Source of the DNA: Armatimonadota bacterium | GTDB taxonomy: Bacteria; Armatimonadota; HRBIN16 | Assembly (NCBI GenBank): GCA_963677485.1 | Contig: OY781964.1 | Location: 3,008,001 to 3,072,000, forward strand | Reading direction: 5' to 3' | DNA length: 64,000 bases | Shown: piece after piece, positions 9,821 to 19,385 of the stretch | Position numbering within the stretch: the first letter of the stretch is position 1 | Layout: each line of letters opens with the position of its first letter | The notes under the pieces: generated by a model | Databases searched by the model: none | What the model was told of the DNA's origin: nothing | The model's input: the letters and a program-made list of their open reading frames with translations, nothing else | Program-made: the position numbers and the translations under genes

Positions 9821-10182
9821 AAATAGCAATCACATCTGAAGGCTCAACGCCTGACAGCATAGTCGATACCAGATTTGGGCGAGCAAGCTTTATCGTAATC
9901 TACGATGAAGAGACCACAAACTATGAGACCGCCGATAATGAGCTCAATATGAATGCGGTGCAGGGGGCCGGAATCCAAACCGCTTCGCGGGTGGCCGCAT
10001 TAGGCTGTCAAGCCGTGTTGACTGGTCACGCTGGGCCTAAAGCCTTTCGAGTTCTGGAAGCCGCTAGCGTTGCTGTCTATACGGGCGTGAGTGGTACCGT
10101 GCGACAGGCAGTGGCTGCATTTTCGGCTGGCGAGCTGAAGCAGATTCATGAGGCTGACGTGGAAGGTCACTGGGGTGGCTGA
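9817..10182 (+). CDS. NifB/NifX-family protein (orange protein-like)
   Basis: VDTRFGRA, QGAGIQTA, LTGHAGPKAF, C-terminal DVEGHW. Confidence 0.9.
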   Translation: MKIAITSEGSTPDSIVDTRFGRASFIVIYDEETTNYETADNELNMNAVQGAGIQTASRVAALGCQAVLTGHAGPKAFRVLEAASVAVYTGVSGTVRQAVAAFSAGELKQIHEADVEGHWGG

Positions 10183-10184
10183 TC

Positions 10185-11072
10185 ATGGGTAATGGAGTGA
10201 TCGTGATCGCAAGCGGGAAGGGCGGCACCGGAAAAACCACCGTGGCGACGAACCTCGCAGTGACCGCGAGCAATGAAGGCATCCCTGTGTGCTACATGGA
10301 TTGTGACGTAGAGGAGCCCAATGGCCATCTATTTCTAAAGCCTGTTATCGCAAGTAAAGAGCCGAGTTACGCAACCTATCCTGAGGTCGATGCGAACCTG
10401 TGTAGTGCCTGTGGCAAATGTGCCGAGTTCTGCGCCTTTAACGCTTTAGCAGTCGTGGGTGAACAGGTTCTCGTTTTTCCAACACTCTGCCATGGATGCG
10501 GGGGCTGTATGCTGATCTGCCCAAGCTGGGCGATATCGGAGCAACACCGGCAGGCCGGGTCAATAGACTCCGGTCATGCTCACAATGTGGAGTTCGTGCA
10601 AGGCTGCCTGGATGTTGGCGAGGCCCATGCGGCTCCGCTGGTCAAACAGGCGAAAAAGCACATCAACCCGCAGAATTTAACGATCATCGATGCGCCTCCA
10701 GGTACCTCCTGCCCTGTGATTGCTTCAGTCTATGGGGTCGACTATGTGGTGCTGGTGACGGAACCAACCCGATTTGGTTTGCATGACCTCAAGCTGGCTG
10801 TTGAGATGCTCAAGGTGATGGGAAGGCCGTTTGGTGTGGTGATCAATCGCTCGGGGTCATCAGATTCCTTGGTGTTGGACTACTGCCGCGAGGAAAACAT
10901 CGAGGTATTGGCCTGTGTTCCTGATGACCGCTACATTGCGAAAGCCTATTCCCGCGGCAAGATGATCGTAGATGCTTTGCCTGAGTATCAGCATGTTTTC
11001 CGATCATTGTTGTCTACTGTATTAAACAAATTAGCAGCCAGGACAGCTGCCGATAGAAATGAGGCTGTTTGA
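10185..11072 (+). CDS. MinD-superfamily P-loop ATPase with inserted 2x[4Fe-4S] ferredoxin domain
   Basis: SGKGGTGKTT, DCDVEEPN, CSACGKC..FC, CHGCGGC...CP, DAPPGTSCP, VTEPT.FGLHDL. Confidence 0.92.
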   Translation: MGNGVIVIASGKGGTGKTTVATNLAVTASNEGIPVCYMDCDVEEPNGHLFLKPVIASKEPSYATYPEVDANLCSACGKCAEFCAFNALAVVGEQVLVFPTLCHGCGGCMLICPSWAISEQHRQAGSIDSGHAHNVEFVQGCLDVGEAHAAPLVKQAKKHINPQNLTIIDAPPGTSCPVIASVYGVDYVVLVTEPTRFGLHDLKLAVEMLKVMGRPFGVVINRSGSSDSLVLDYCREENIEVLACVPDDRYIAKAYSRGKMIVDALPEYQHVFRSLLSTVLNKLAARTAADRNEAV

Positions 11073-11899
11073 TGGACACCGATGTTGAAATGGTCGTGAC
11101 TTTGGTAATGGACAACCTGGAAGGCGCAGGGTTGCAGAGTGAACATGGGCTGAGCTTTCTTGTGGAAACTGGCCAGGGCGATGTGTTGTTTGATGTCGGC
11201 GCGAGCGATGCGTTGTTTCACAACATGCTCAAGCTGCACAAGCGGCCTGGTCGTGTCAAAGCGGTAGCACTGAGCCATGGCCACTATGATCACACTGGTG
11301 GTCTTGCCAGATTGATGGAGTTGGCTCCTGACGTCAAGCTATATGCTCATGGAGATGTGTTGAAGCCGCGATTTATAATACATGAACATGACGCCAAACC
11401 GATAGGGATGCCAGAAAGCTCCCTGCATTCCGCTGGCGGAATGCTGAGGTGCGAAGACCCACAAATGCTTCTTCCCGGAGTATGGCTAAGCGGTGCGGTC
11501 AAACTGGTACCGGAGTACACAGTGCCTGCGAATCCTGTGTTTCAGATCGACGATCATGGGATCAAGACAGACCTGTTCGATGATGAACGATGCATGGTGC
11601 TTCAACATGAGGGCCGGACCACCGTACTTCTGGGCTGCAGCCACCGCGGGGTAGAGAACAATATCCTGACGGCCATGGAGTTGGCGGGCACTAAGAAACT
11701 CGACAGGGTCGTTGGTGGCATGCATCTGGGTAGTGCCGGCAACGATCGGCTCAATCGGCTGGTGCGATTTCTGGACACTCAGCAGATAGGTGAGGTAGTA
11801 TGCTGTCACTGCACGGGGGAGCATGCTACCGAATACCTGGCCAATAAGCTGGGACCGATGGTGGTTTTAGGGCACAACGGCATGAGCTGGAAGGTGTAG
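11072..11899 (+). CDS. MBL-fold metallo-hydrolase
   Basis: EHGLSF, LFDVG, SHGHYDHTGG, GCSHRG, GGMHL, HCTG. Confidence 0.9.
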   Translation: MDTDVEMVVTLVMDNLEGAGLQSEHGLSFLVETGQGDVLFDVGASDALFHNMLKLHKRPGRVKAVALSHGHYDHTGGLARLMELAPDVKLYAHGDVLKPRFIIHEHDAKPIGMPESSLHSAGGMLRCEDPQMLLPGVWLSGAVKLVPEYTVPANPVFQIDDHGIKTDLFDDERCMVLQHEGRTTVLLGCSHRGVENNILTAMELAGTKKLDRVVGGMHLGSAGNDRLNRLVRFLDTQQIGEVVCCHCTGEHATEYLANKLGPMVVLGHNGMSWKV

Positions 11900-11903
11900 A
11901 TGA

Positions 11904-12854
11904 ATGACTAATACCGTACAGGAGCTGGTGATCATTAGCGGTAAGGGCGGTACGGGCAAAACCAGTGTAGTCGCTTCATTCGCAGCTTTGGCTGAAGAGG
12001 CTGTGCTGGTTGATTGTGACGTAGATGCTTCTGACCTTCATTTAGTTCTCAGTCCTGATATTCAGCTAACTGTTCCGTTTTATGGCGGAAACCAGGCACA
12101 CGTGAATACAGAGCTGTGCGTTGGCTGCATGAAGTGCATTCGCCTGTGCCGGTTTGGTGCGGTGAGTGCAGATGGAGCTGCGAATCAACACACTGACATC
12201 ACCGTGAGTATTGATCCGTTTCAGTGTGAAGGCTGCGGGGTATGCGCACACTTTTGCCCATCAGGGGCCATCCAGATGGAGCCTGAGCTTAACGGTGACT
12301 GGTATGTTTCTGACACCCGGTTCGGCCCGATGGTCCATGCCAGGCTGGGCGTAGCTCAGGAGAACTCGGGTAAGCTGGTGACCACCATCCGCAAGGAGGC
12401 CAGCCGCATCGCCCGGGAGAAGGCCATTCCGCTGGTGATCATTGATGGCTCGCCAGGCATCGGATGTCCGGTCATTGCTTCGGTGACCAACGCATCGCTG
12501 GTGTTGATCGTGACCGAGCCTACACTCTCAGGGCTGCACGATCTGGAGCGGGTGGCTTCGCTCTGCCAGGGATTGAAGTTGCAGGTGATGGTCTGTGTGA
12601 ACAAGGTGGACATCAACCTTGATATGAGCCTGCGCATTCAAAAGCGGTGTGACAAACTAAACATCTCCGTGGCGGGCACGATCCGGTATGATCGATGCGT
12701 GACCGACGCTCAGTTACAGATGAAAAGTGTGGTAGAACTGGCTCATAACCCGGTTGCCGAAGACATTGTATGTGTGTGGAGTTCAGTCAAGGAAAATCTG
12801 GCGGCTCAGTCGCCGATAACAAATAAAAGAATCAAGGAGACACCTCTGATATGA
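11904..12854 (+). CDS. Second MinD-superfamily P-loop ATPase with 4Fe-4S insert
   Basis: SGKGGTGKTS, DCDVDASDL, CVGCMKC...C, CEGCGVC...CP, ENSGKLV, DGSPGIGCPV. Confidence 0.92.
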   Translation: MTNTVQELVIISGKGGTGKTSVVASFAALAEEAVLVDCDVDASDLHLVLSPDIQLTVPFYGGNQAHVNTELCVGCMKCIRLCRFGAVSADGAANQHTDITVSIDPFQCEGCGVCAHFCPSGAIQMEPELNGDWYVSDTRFGPMVHARLGVAQENSGKLVTTIRKEASRIAREKAIPLVIIDGSPGIGCPVIASVTNASLVLIVTEPTLSGLHDLERVASLCQGLKLQVMVCVNKVDINLDMSLRIQKRCDKLNISVAGTIRYDRCVTDAQLQMKSVVELAHNPVAEDIVCVWSSVKENLAAQSPITNKRIKETPLI

Positions 12855-13189
12855 AAATCGCGATACCTACCTCAAACGGGCTGCTGTGCCCGCATTTCGG
12901 TCACTGTGATGAGTTTACGCTTGTGGATGTAGACATCGACACCAAGCAAATCCTGGGACGTGAAGTGACACCAGCACCCAAGCATGAACCCGGTTTGCTG
13001 CCGCGCTGGCTGCATGGTCTTGGTGCTGATCTTATCATCGCTGGCGGGATGGGCTCGAGGGCGCAACAGTTGTTTGCGGAAGCGAAGGTCGATGTTGTCG
13101 TGGGGGCTCCAGTCGCAGCACCTGATGCATTGGTGGAAGCCTGGTTGGGCGGAAACATGGAGACCGGCACCAATATGTGCGATCACTGA
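12851..13189 (+). CDS. NifB/NifX-family protein
   Basis: LCPHFGHC, HEPG.LP.WL, IAGGMG.RA, C-terminal CDH. Confidence 0.9.
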   Translation: MKIAIPTSNGLLCPHFGHCDEFTLVDVDIDTKQILGREVTPAPKHEPGLLPRWLHGLGADLIIAGGMGSRAQQLFAEAKVDVVVGAPVAAPDALVEAWLGGNMETGTNMCDH

Positions 13190-13204
13190 CATCACACAGC
13201 ACAC

Positions 13205-13237
13205 TGGGCCCCTGCCATTTCCGGGGCCCATTTTTTT
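13205..13237 (+). terminator. Intrinsic terminator
   Basis: TGGGCCCCTG-CCATTT-CCGGGGCCCA followed by a T7 tract, between convergent genes. Confidence 0.75.
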
Positions 13238-13258
13238 CAGGTGCCTGGTGATACCGGA

Positions 13259-13990
13259 CTATTTCTTTTTGAGAAACAGCTTGGCGAGTGGCAGCTTGCG
13301 GAAGCACATGAACCAGTCCAGACAGTAATAGTCGTCTCCGGCCTGCTCCACACGCTCCTTAGCCAAACCACAAGAGCCGGGGGGAGGCACAATCACATCG
13401 TCGCCAGGCTGCCAGTCAGCAGGGGTGGCGCATCCGTGTGCATCGGATGTCTGCATGGCGATTAGCAGCCGCTTGACCTCGTCAAAGTTGCGCCCGTTCG
13501 ACAGTGGGTAGTAGACTAGAGCCCGTACCTTGGCGTTGGGGTCAATGAAAAACACAGCCCGCACAGCTTGCGTGGAGGCAGCGTTGGGCTGCACCATGCC
13601 GTATTTCTTGGCCACATTCATCGAAATGTCGGTTATCACAGGGTATGTGATCTCCACATTTTCCATGCCCTTGTATTTGATCTTTTCCTTGATGGTGCGC
13701 AGCCAGGCGATGTGGCTGTAGGTGCTATCGATCGATAGTCCGATCAACTCACAGTTCAAGTCGAGAAGATCATTTTGGATCTTAGCGAAGGTCATGAACT
13801 CGGTGGTGCAGACCGGTGTAAAGTCAGCCGGGTGGCTGAACAAGATGACCCACTTGCCCTTATAGTTTTCCGGAAACTTGATAACTCCCTGGGTGGACTC
13901 TGCCACAAAAGCCGGTGCATCATCACCGATGAGGGGGATGTGAACACACTGCTCAACGCAGGGTGATGTGGAATCTTTCTGATCAGACAT
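13259..13990 (-). CDS. Peroxiredoxin (Prx6-type)
   Basis: LFSHPADFTPVCTTE, YYPLSNGRNFDE, ATPADW, C-terminal CLDWFMC. AGGAGG RBS upstream of 13990. Confidence 0.93.
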   Translation of the reverse strand: MSDQKDSTSPCVEQCVHIPLIGDDAPAFVAESTQGVIKFPENYKGKWVILFSHPADFTPVCTTEFMTFAKIQNDLLDLNCELIGLSIDSTYSHIAWLRTIKEKIKYKGMENVEITYPVITDISMNVAKKYGMVQPNAASTQAVRAVFFIDPNAKVRALVYYPLSNGRNFDEVKRLLIAMQTSDAHGCATPADWQPGDDVIVPPPGSCGLAKERVEQAGDDYYCLDWFMCFRKLPLAKLFLKKK

Positions 13991-14037
13991 AAGGCGAAAC
14001 CTCCTGGTATATCCATGCCAAGTGATCTTGGCCATGC

Positions 14038-14059
14038 TAGATGCATGTTGCATATAACA
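14038..14059. promoter_or_regulatory. Operator-like box upstream of the peroxiredoxin, matching the padR box
   Basis: TAGATGCATGTTGCATATAACA versus TAGATGTAAGTTGCATATAACA at 8449-8470 (20/22 identical). Confidence 0.6.
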
Positions 14060-14324
14060 TTATGATTATGGCATGAGCGAGGCGGTAAAAGTACCCCCAA
14101 TAATGAGATAACTATGGAGTCTACTACTCAAGATGATTCCGGCCAGGTGAGCAGAGTCATTCGGCAACAACGGTCATGGCTTAGGTAGGATCTGCCGGTC
14201 AGCAGCAATCATCATCCATAATCAAGGTATAATAAGCCAGATATTCACTGGCATCTCTGGCTGTGTCTGCCATATGTGCATTCAGACATCCGGGATGTTG
14301 TGTAAACAAAAGGGAGCCCTACTG

Positions 14325-15935
14325 ATGAAAAAGAACTGTCTGACCACCTTAATGCTCTTCATATTGTCTATCAGCTCGCTCATGGCGCACGCGGTCAGTA
14401 TCAGCGGCGAATTTGAGATCGCGGCAGATACCCACCAGCAGATGACTTTCGGAGCCGCGTTCGACGGCAGCAACTACATTGTGACCCTTCAGGGAAATGC
14501 CAGCGACTCCTGGGCTATCTGTGCTCAGATGATTTCGTCGATGGGCGAAAAGGTGGGTGGCCTCATTAATATCGGGCGATACGGTGACACGCCCATCATC
14601 GCCTTTGATGGCACAAGATACCTGATGGTCTGGACCGATTATGCTCATACACCCGATGATGACATTTATGGATGTTTCATTAGCAAGAGTGGCGTCGTCG
14701 GCACGCCGTTTGTCATCTCCTCCGCACCGGGTATGCAAAAAGTGGCCAGCATGGGCTTTGATGGCACCAACTACATGGTGGTTTGGGACGACTATCGGAA
14801 TGAATCATCAAGTAACGCTATTGACATATACGCTCAGCGTGTATCCACCTCCGGTTCGCTGGTGGGCTCCGAGATCGCAGTGTGCAGCCAGGCACGTGAC
14901 CAGCGTAATGCGGCCATGGCCTTCGACGGCACCAACTACCTGGTGACATATATGAATAAACGCAGTGAAAATCCTAACATCCGGGATATCAACGGCAACT
15001 TCATGTCCAAGTCGGGTGTCGTGGGCAGCCAGTTCAAGATCAACACCACGGATTGTCCGAACAGCCAAAACCCCATCGGGCTGGCATACGGTAAGGACGG
15101 CTACATGGTGGTTTGGGGCAAGGACATGGGGGCTGGTGGCAATGCCGATGCCATATGGGATGTCTACGGCCGTGTGATCGCCCCGAATGGTACATTCAGA
15201 AGCTCTGAGCTGGCGATTTCCACCATACCAGGCAGCCAGGCCTTTCCCAGAGTCACCAGCGACGGCACCCGGTATTTCGTAGTGTGGACTGACCTTTCCC
15301 TTCCCGATGTGGAGATAACAGGGCAGTTTTTCAGTGAGACCGGCACGACAGTGACCGGAACCTTCCCCGTGGTATCAGGAACAGGTCCCAGGGCGGTATA
15401 CGCGACCTTGTTTGCTGACGGCCAATATTACCTTGGGGTGATGGAGGGTTTGAAGGTCAACGAATGGGGTATAGCTGATATATATGGTGTCACGGTAGAC
15501 TTCGCGACCGGGGCACCCACCACGCTGCAAGTGACGATTAACCCAGGTGCAGGCTATCTGGGAGCACTGAGTGGCGTCCCACTGCAGTATGACCTGAGCG
15601 GTCCGTGGCAATATACGGGATCGCTGATGCTAAATGACAGCGGCAAAGCGATGCTGGACGGTGTAGAGCCAGGTAGCTACAACCTGAGTATTTCTGGCAG
15701 TCACTGGCTGAAACGGGTGGTGTCAGGCGTGAATGTGAATGGCGTCAATGTGGTGAACACGGTGCTTTCGAATGGCGACGCCGATGGCAACGGCCAGATT
15801 AACCTGTTCGACTACGTCGTGCTGGATTCCAAGTTCGGTTCCTCATATTCGATGGCTGATCTTGACGGTGATGGCGCGGTGAACCTGTTCGACTACGTGA
15901 TCATCGACCAGAACTTCGGAGCTCAGGCCGACTAG
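14325..15935 (+). CDS. Secreted beta-propeller-like repeat protein (FDGTNYLVVW repeats) + beta-sandwich + dockerin-like tail
   Basis: Signal peptide MKKNCL..AHA; repeated [AG]FDG[ST].Y[LM]V.W blades; tail GDADGNGQINLFDY...ADLDGDGAVNLFDYVIIDQNFGAQAD. Confidence 0.8.
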   Translation: MKKNCLTTLMLFILSISSLMAHAVSISGEFEIAADTHQQMTFGAAFDGSNYIVTLQGNASDSWAICAQMISSMGEKVGGLINIGRYGDTPIIAFDGTRYLMVWTDYAHTPDDDIYGCFISKSGVVGTPFVISSAPGMQKVASMGFDGTNYMVVWDDYRNESSSNAIDIYAQRVSTSGSLVGSEIAVCSQARDQRNAAMAFDGTNYLVTYMNKRSENPNIRDINGNFMSKSGVVGSQFKINTTDCPNSQNPIGLAYGKDGYMVVWGKDMGAGGNADAIWDVYGRVIAPNGTFRSSELAISTIPGSQAFPRVTSDGTRYFVVWTDLSLPDVEITGQFFSETGTTVTGTFPVVSGTGPRAVYATLFADGQYYLGVMEGLKVNEWGIADIYGVTVDFATGAPTTLQVTINPGAGYLGALSGVPLQYDLSGPWQYTGSLMLNDSGKAMLDGVEPGSYNLSISGSHWLKRVVSGVNVNGVNVVNTVLSNGDADGNGQINLFDYVVLDSKFGSSYSMADLDGDGAVNLFDYVIIDQNFGAQAD

Positions 15936-16066
15936 CTCTAGCAGCTGGCCGTGACACGGTATATACAACTAATAGGCGAGGTGTGTTCAGGTTACAGAGA
16001 TAAAGCAGTTGACGGTTCTTTATCTGTCCAGTGGATCGTCTGGCACGATACCTAAAGGAGAATAAG

Positions 16067-17185
16067 ATGAATACCAGAACGGTTTGCCTCACAGCAATTC
16101 TGGCTGCAGCATTTGCCTCCATTTCCGGTGCTGCACCGGTCTCTGTGGTGGTCACACCAGACAATATGCAGGGATGGACCAGCCAGGTCAGCGGCACGAC
16201 TGGTTCTTTTACCTTTGTCAATGGCCCTTCTACGATCGGTAGTGGCAGCATGGTCATGTCAGTCGGAGCTAGCGGGGGTGATGTCATCGCTTTCAGAACC
16301 GCCTCATATGGCAGACTTAAGTTGGCCAGGATCAACTCGCTGAAGATGGATACCCGTGTCACAAACTTCGGCAGCTCGACACCGAAGGGCCTTGCCATGC
16401 AGATTGATGTCGACTGGAATGACGACGGTGCCGTCGATGACCAACTGGTTTACGAGCCGATCTATAACAATAACACATTCAACCAGACACCTGCTCTGAA
16501 TACCTGGCAGACATGGGACATTCTGAATAACGGAACCTGGTATTCAGTAGGCGGGTATGCTGGGATGGGGCAGTCCACACCCCATAAACTGTCACAGTAT
16601 ATCTCCAACTACCCTGATGCACGGATTACGGAGGGCGGGCTTGGGCATTTGCGGATATTCGCAGGTTATTCCGCAGGTTATTGGGATAACTTCACTGCCG
16701 CTATCGATAATCTGCAGATTGGCGCATTGGATTTCGTTCATATCTACGACTTTGAGCCAAGTCAGACCACCTCGCTGGGGATCACTGTGGACCCGGGCCT
16801 TGGTTTCATTGGTGCGTTGAACGGCATCATCCTGAACTACAGTCTGAGTGGTCCGCGTTCATATACTGGTTCGTTGACGCTGGACGCCAGCGGAAAATCA
16901 CAGATCAGCGGGGTTGTGCCCGGTACGTATAGCCTTAGCTTGACGGGCAGCCATTGGACAAAACGTATCATCAACGATATCAATGTGAATGGCACAACGT
17001 CCATTAACACCACGCTGACGAATGGCGATTCCGACGGCGATAGCCAGATCAACCTGTTCGACTTTGTCGTGCTGGATTCGAAGTTCGGCTCCTCAGATGC
17101 CATGGCTGACTTGAACGGCGACGGCCAGGTCAACCTTTTCGACTACGTCATCATCGACCAGAACTTCGGAGCCCAGGGGGACTAG
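16067..17185 (+). CDS. Secreted beta-sandwich domain protein + dockerin-like tail
   Basis: AAGGAG RBS, signal peptide, LVYEP...TWQTWD domain, the same C-terminal ~140-aa module. Confidence 0.78.
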   Translation: MNTRTVCLTAILAAAFASISGAAPVSVVVTPDNMQGWTSQVSGTTGSFTFVNGPSTIGSGSMVMSVGASGGDVIAFRTASYGRLKLARINSLKMDTRVTNFGSSTPKGLAMQIDVDWNDDGAVDDQLVYEPIYNNNTFNQTPALNTWQTWDILNNGTWYSVGGYAGMGQSTPHKLSQYISNYPDARITEGGLGHLRIFAGYSAGYWDNFTAAIDNLQIGALDFVHIYDFEPSQTTSLGITVDPGLGFIGALNGIILNYSLSGPRSYTGSLTLDASGKSQISGVVPGTYSLSLTGSHWTKRIINDINVNGTTSINTTLTNGDSDGDSQINLFDFVVLDSKFGSSDAMADLNGDGQVNLFDYVIIDQNFGAQGD

Positions 17186-17200
17186 CGACGTTCGCAAACT

Positions 17201-17244
17201 TGATGCCCTCGCAACGATCATACGATCAATAGTGCGAGGGCATC
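17201..17244. terminator. Stem-loop after the CDS (putative terminator)
   Basis: TGATGCCCTCGCA...TGCGAGGGCATCA 13-bp inverted repeat. Confidence 0.5.
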
Positions 17245-17384
17245 AGCACATCATCCACCTTGATGCCATGACTTTACCGTAGTCTGCCGTTTTATCGATG
17301 GGTTTTGATAGGTGTGTATATACTATAAAGAGACAACGCAGTGGTGTTGCTGTGCAGTCTAGACCAACAAGGTGATGTGGAAAA

Positions 17385-19121
17385 TTGTTAAACCGTACCT
17401 CGATACTCGGCGCATTGAGCTTAATCATATGTGCGTCAGGATCCATAAACGCTGCCCCCAGAAATGTGATACTAATGGTTGCCGATGGGTGGGGATATAA
17501 CCAGATCGCTGCGGCTCGATCATATATCGGTTCGAACCCATCTTATCAAAGCTCCGACTTCACCTCAGTGGCCATGTCCACCTATTCTGCGAGTAACACT
17601 GCTGGATACAACACTCAAACCGCCTGGACATCTGACGGAGCTGGTGGCTTGAAACCCAACTATGAGACTTTGAAGTCAGGCACCGGTGCTACAGACAGTG
17701 CCGCCGCAATCACCGCAATGATGACTGGCGAAAAGACTTATGATGGTCGAATCAACTGGAGCACATCCGGCCAGCGTCTGACCACCTTTGCTGATAGCTA
17801 CAAGATATCCGGTCATTCGGTGGGTGCGGTCACCACAGTGCCGTGGAGCCACGCCACGCCTTCTGGCGTGATGGGACATAATATCAGCCGAGGTAATTAT
17901 TCGGAACTCGCAAACGAAATGGTCAACTCGTCCATCGATGTGGTAATGGGTGCTGGGAATCCCGGCTATGATGACAACAGTAATCCTGCAGTTAGCAGCG
18001 CGTTATACGTGGGCGGTGCAGCCACATGGAATGCCCTAAAGGCTGGCACTTCTGGCGGATTGACCCCCTGGACGTTGATTGAAGATCGTAGTGCATTCCA
18101 GGCACTGGCATCTGGAGCTACCCCAAATCGTGTGCTGGGCGCATATAAAAGCTACACATCGATGCAGCAAGCCCGCTCGGGAGATGGTCAGACTGTAGAC
18201 ATCGAGGGCCGCAAGACGGTTGTGCCCACTCTGGCCGAGATGTCAAAAGCGGCACTGAACGTTCTGGATAACAACCCGAAAGGCTTCTTTCTGATGATTG
18301 AGGGTGGTGCAGTCGACTACGCGAACCATGCCAATCAGAAGGGGCGGCTGATAGAGGAGATGCTGGACTTTAACAGTGCGGTTGATGCTGTTGTGAACTA
18401 CATCAACAGTAATAGTAACTGGGAAGAGACGCTATTGATTGTTGCCGGCGACCATGAGTGCGGCTTATTGCTTGGCCCCAACGGTGAGACTGATATTGTG
18501 GGAACACCGACTGGCAGTATTCCAAGTATGAAGTATTTTAGTGGCAGCCATTCCAATCAGCTAATCCCTCTATATGCGCGGGGTGCTGGTTCAGAACTGC
18601 TGTCTCAGTATGCTGTAAAAACGGATCTTGTGAGGGGGAAATACATCGACAACACCGATGTGTTCAAGCTGATGACTGCAGCAACAGCGGCACCTGCGAC
18701 CACTACACTACCGATTACAATTGGTGCTGGCCCAGGGTATGGCGGTGCCAGAAACCTGATCGAACTTCACTGCCGGCTTGAAGGATCAACGCAATATACT
18801 GGGACGCTATCGCTAGATCGCAACGGTAGAACCACCATAGATAACATCCTGCCTGGCCGTTACACGATCACCCTCTCGGGCAGTCACTGGCTAAACCGGA
18901 TCATCAAAGATGTCAATGTGAATGGCGCAAACAGCCTGATTGTTGCACTGGTAAATGGTGATTCCGATGGGAATGGCCAGATCAACCTGTTCGACTTCGT
19001 AGTGCTGGATTCGAAGTTCGGCTCCTCAGATGCCATGGCAGACTTGAACGGTGATGGCGTGGTGAACCTGTTCGATTACGTGATCATCGACCAAAACTTC
19101 GGAGCCCAAGGCGACAAATAG
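17385..19121 (+). CDS. Secreted alkaline phosphatase (PhoA family) + dockerin-like tail
   Basis: NVILMVADGWG, TDSAAA (catalytic Ser), HATP, FFLMIEGGAVDYANHAN, GDHE; same tail module. Confidence 0.9.
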   Translation: MLNRTSILGALSLIICASGSINAAPRNVILMVADGWGYNQIAAARSYIGSNPSYQSSDFTSVAMSTYSASNTAGYNTQTAWTSDGAGGLKPNYETLKSGTGATDSAAAITAMMTGEKTYDGRINWSTSGQRLTTFADSYKISGHSVGAVTTVPWSHATPSGVMGHNISRGNYSELANEMVNSSIDVVMGAGNPGYDDNSNPAVSSALYVGGAATWNALKAGTSGGLTPWTLIEDRSAFQALASGATPNRVLGAYKSYTSMQQARSGDGQTVDIEGRKTVVPTLAEMSKAALNVLDNNPKGFFLMIEGGAVDYANHANQKGRLIEEMLDFNSAVDAVVNYINSNSNWEETLLIVAGDHECGLLLGPNGETDIVGTPTGSIPSMKYFSGSHSNQLIPLYARGAGSELLSQYAVKTDLVRGKYIDNTDVFKLMTAATAAPATTTLPITIGAGPGYGGARNLIELHCRLEGSTQYTGTLSLDRNGRTTIDNILPGRYTITLSGSHWLNRIIKDVNVNGANSLIVALVNGDSDGNGQINLFDFVVLDSKFGSSDAMADLNGDGVVNLFDYVIIDQNFGAQGDK

Positions 19122-19261
19122 TAGCCGTGCCACCATTCAGGGCAAGCTGCAATCCGCAGCTTGCCCTTTTGTGCATATGGGCCTATTGTGATGTATGCTA
19201 TCTTTAGTGATGAACGAGCAACCGCCCGTGCTGGCACGGCAGCCTATCCTGTAACGGATAC

Positions 19262-19349
19262 GGTCGTAGGGGCGTCCCTTGTGGGCGCCCTAATCGTTGT
19301 TTACTCGATGACTATGTATAGGGCGCCCACAAGGGACGCCCCTACGACC
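19262..19349. repeat. GTAG-type REP doublet (REPIN-like perfect inverted repeat)
   Basis: GGTCGTAGGGGCGTCCCTTGTGGGCGCCCTA ... TAGGGCGCCCACAAGGGACGCCCCTACGACC. Confidence 0.85.
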
Positions 19350-19385
19350 AGTTACTTACGAGCGACATAACTTAAGGAGATATCA

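Noticed and set aside
8973-13189. Nitrogen fixation cluster
   Set aside because: Only NifX-fold domains are present; no nifH, nifD, nifK, nifE, nifN or radical-SAM NifB.
14325-19121. Classical cellulosome
   Set aside because: The tagged proteins are not cellulases or hemicellulases, the CAZymes in the window lack the tag, and no cohesin was recognised.
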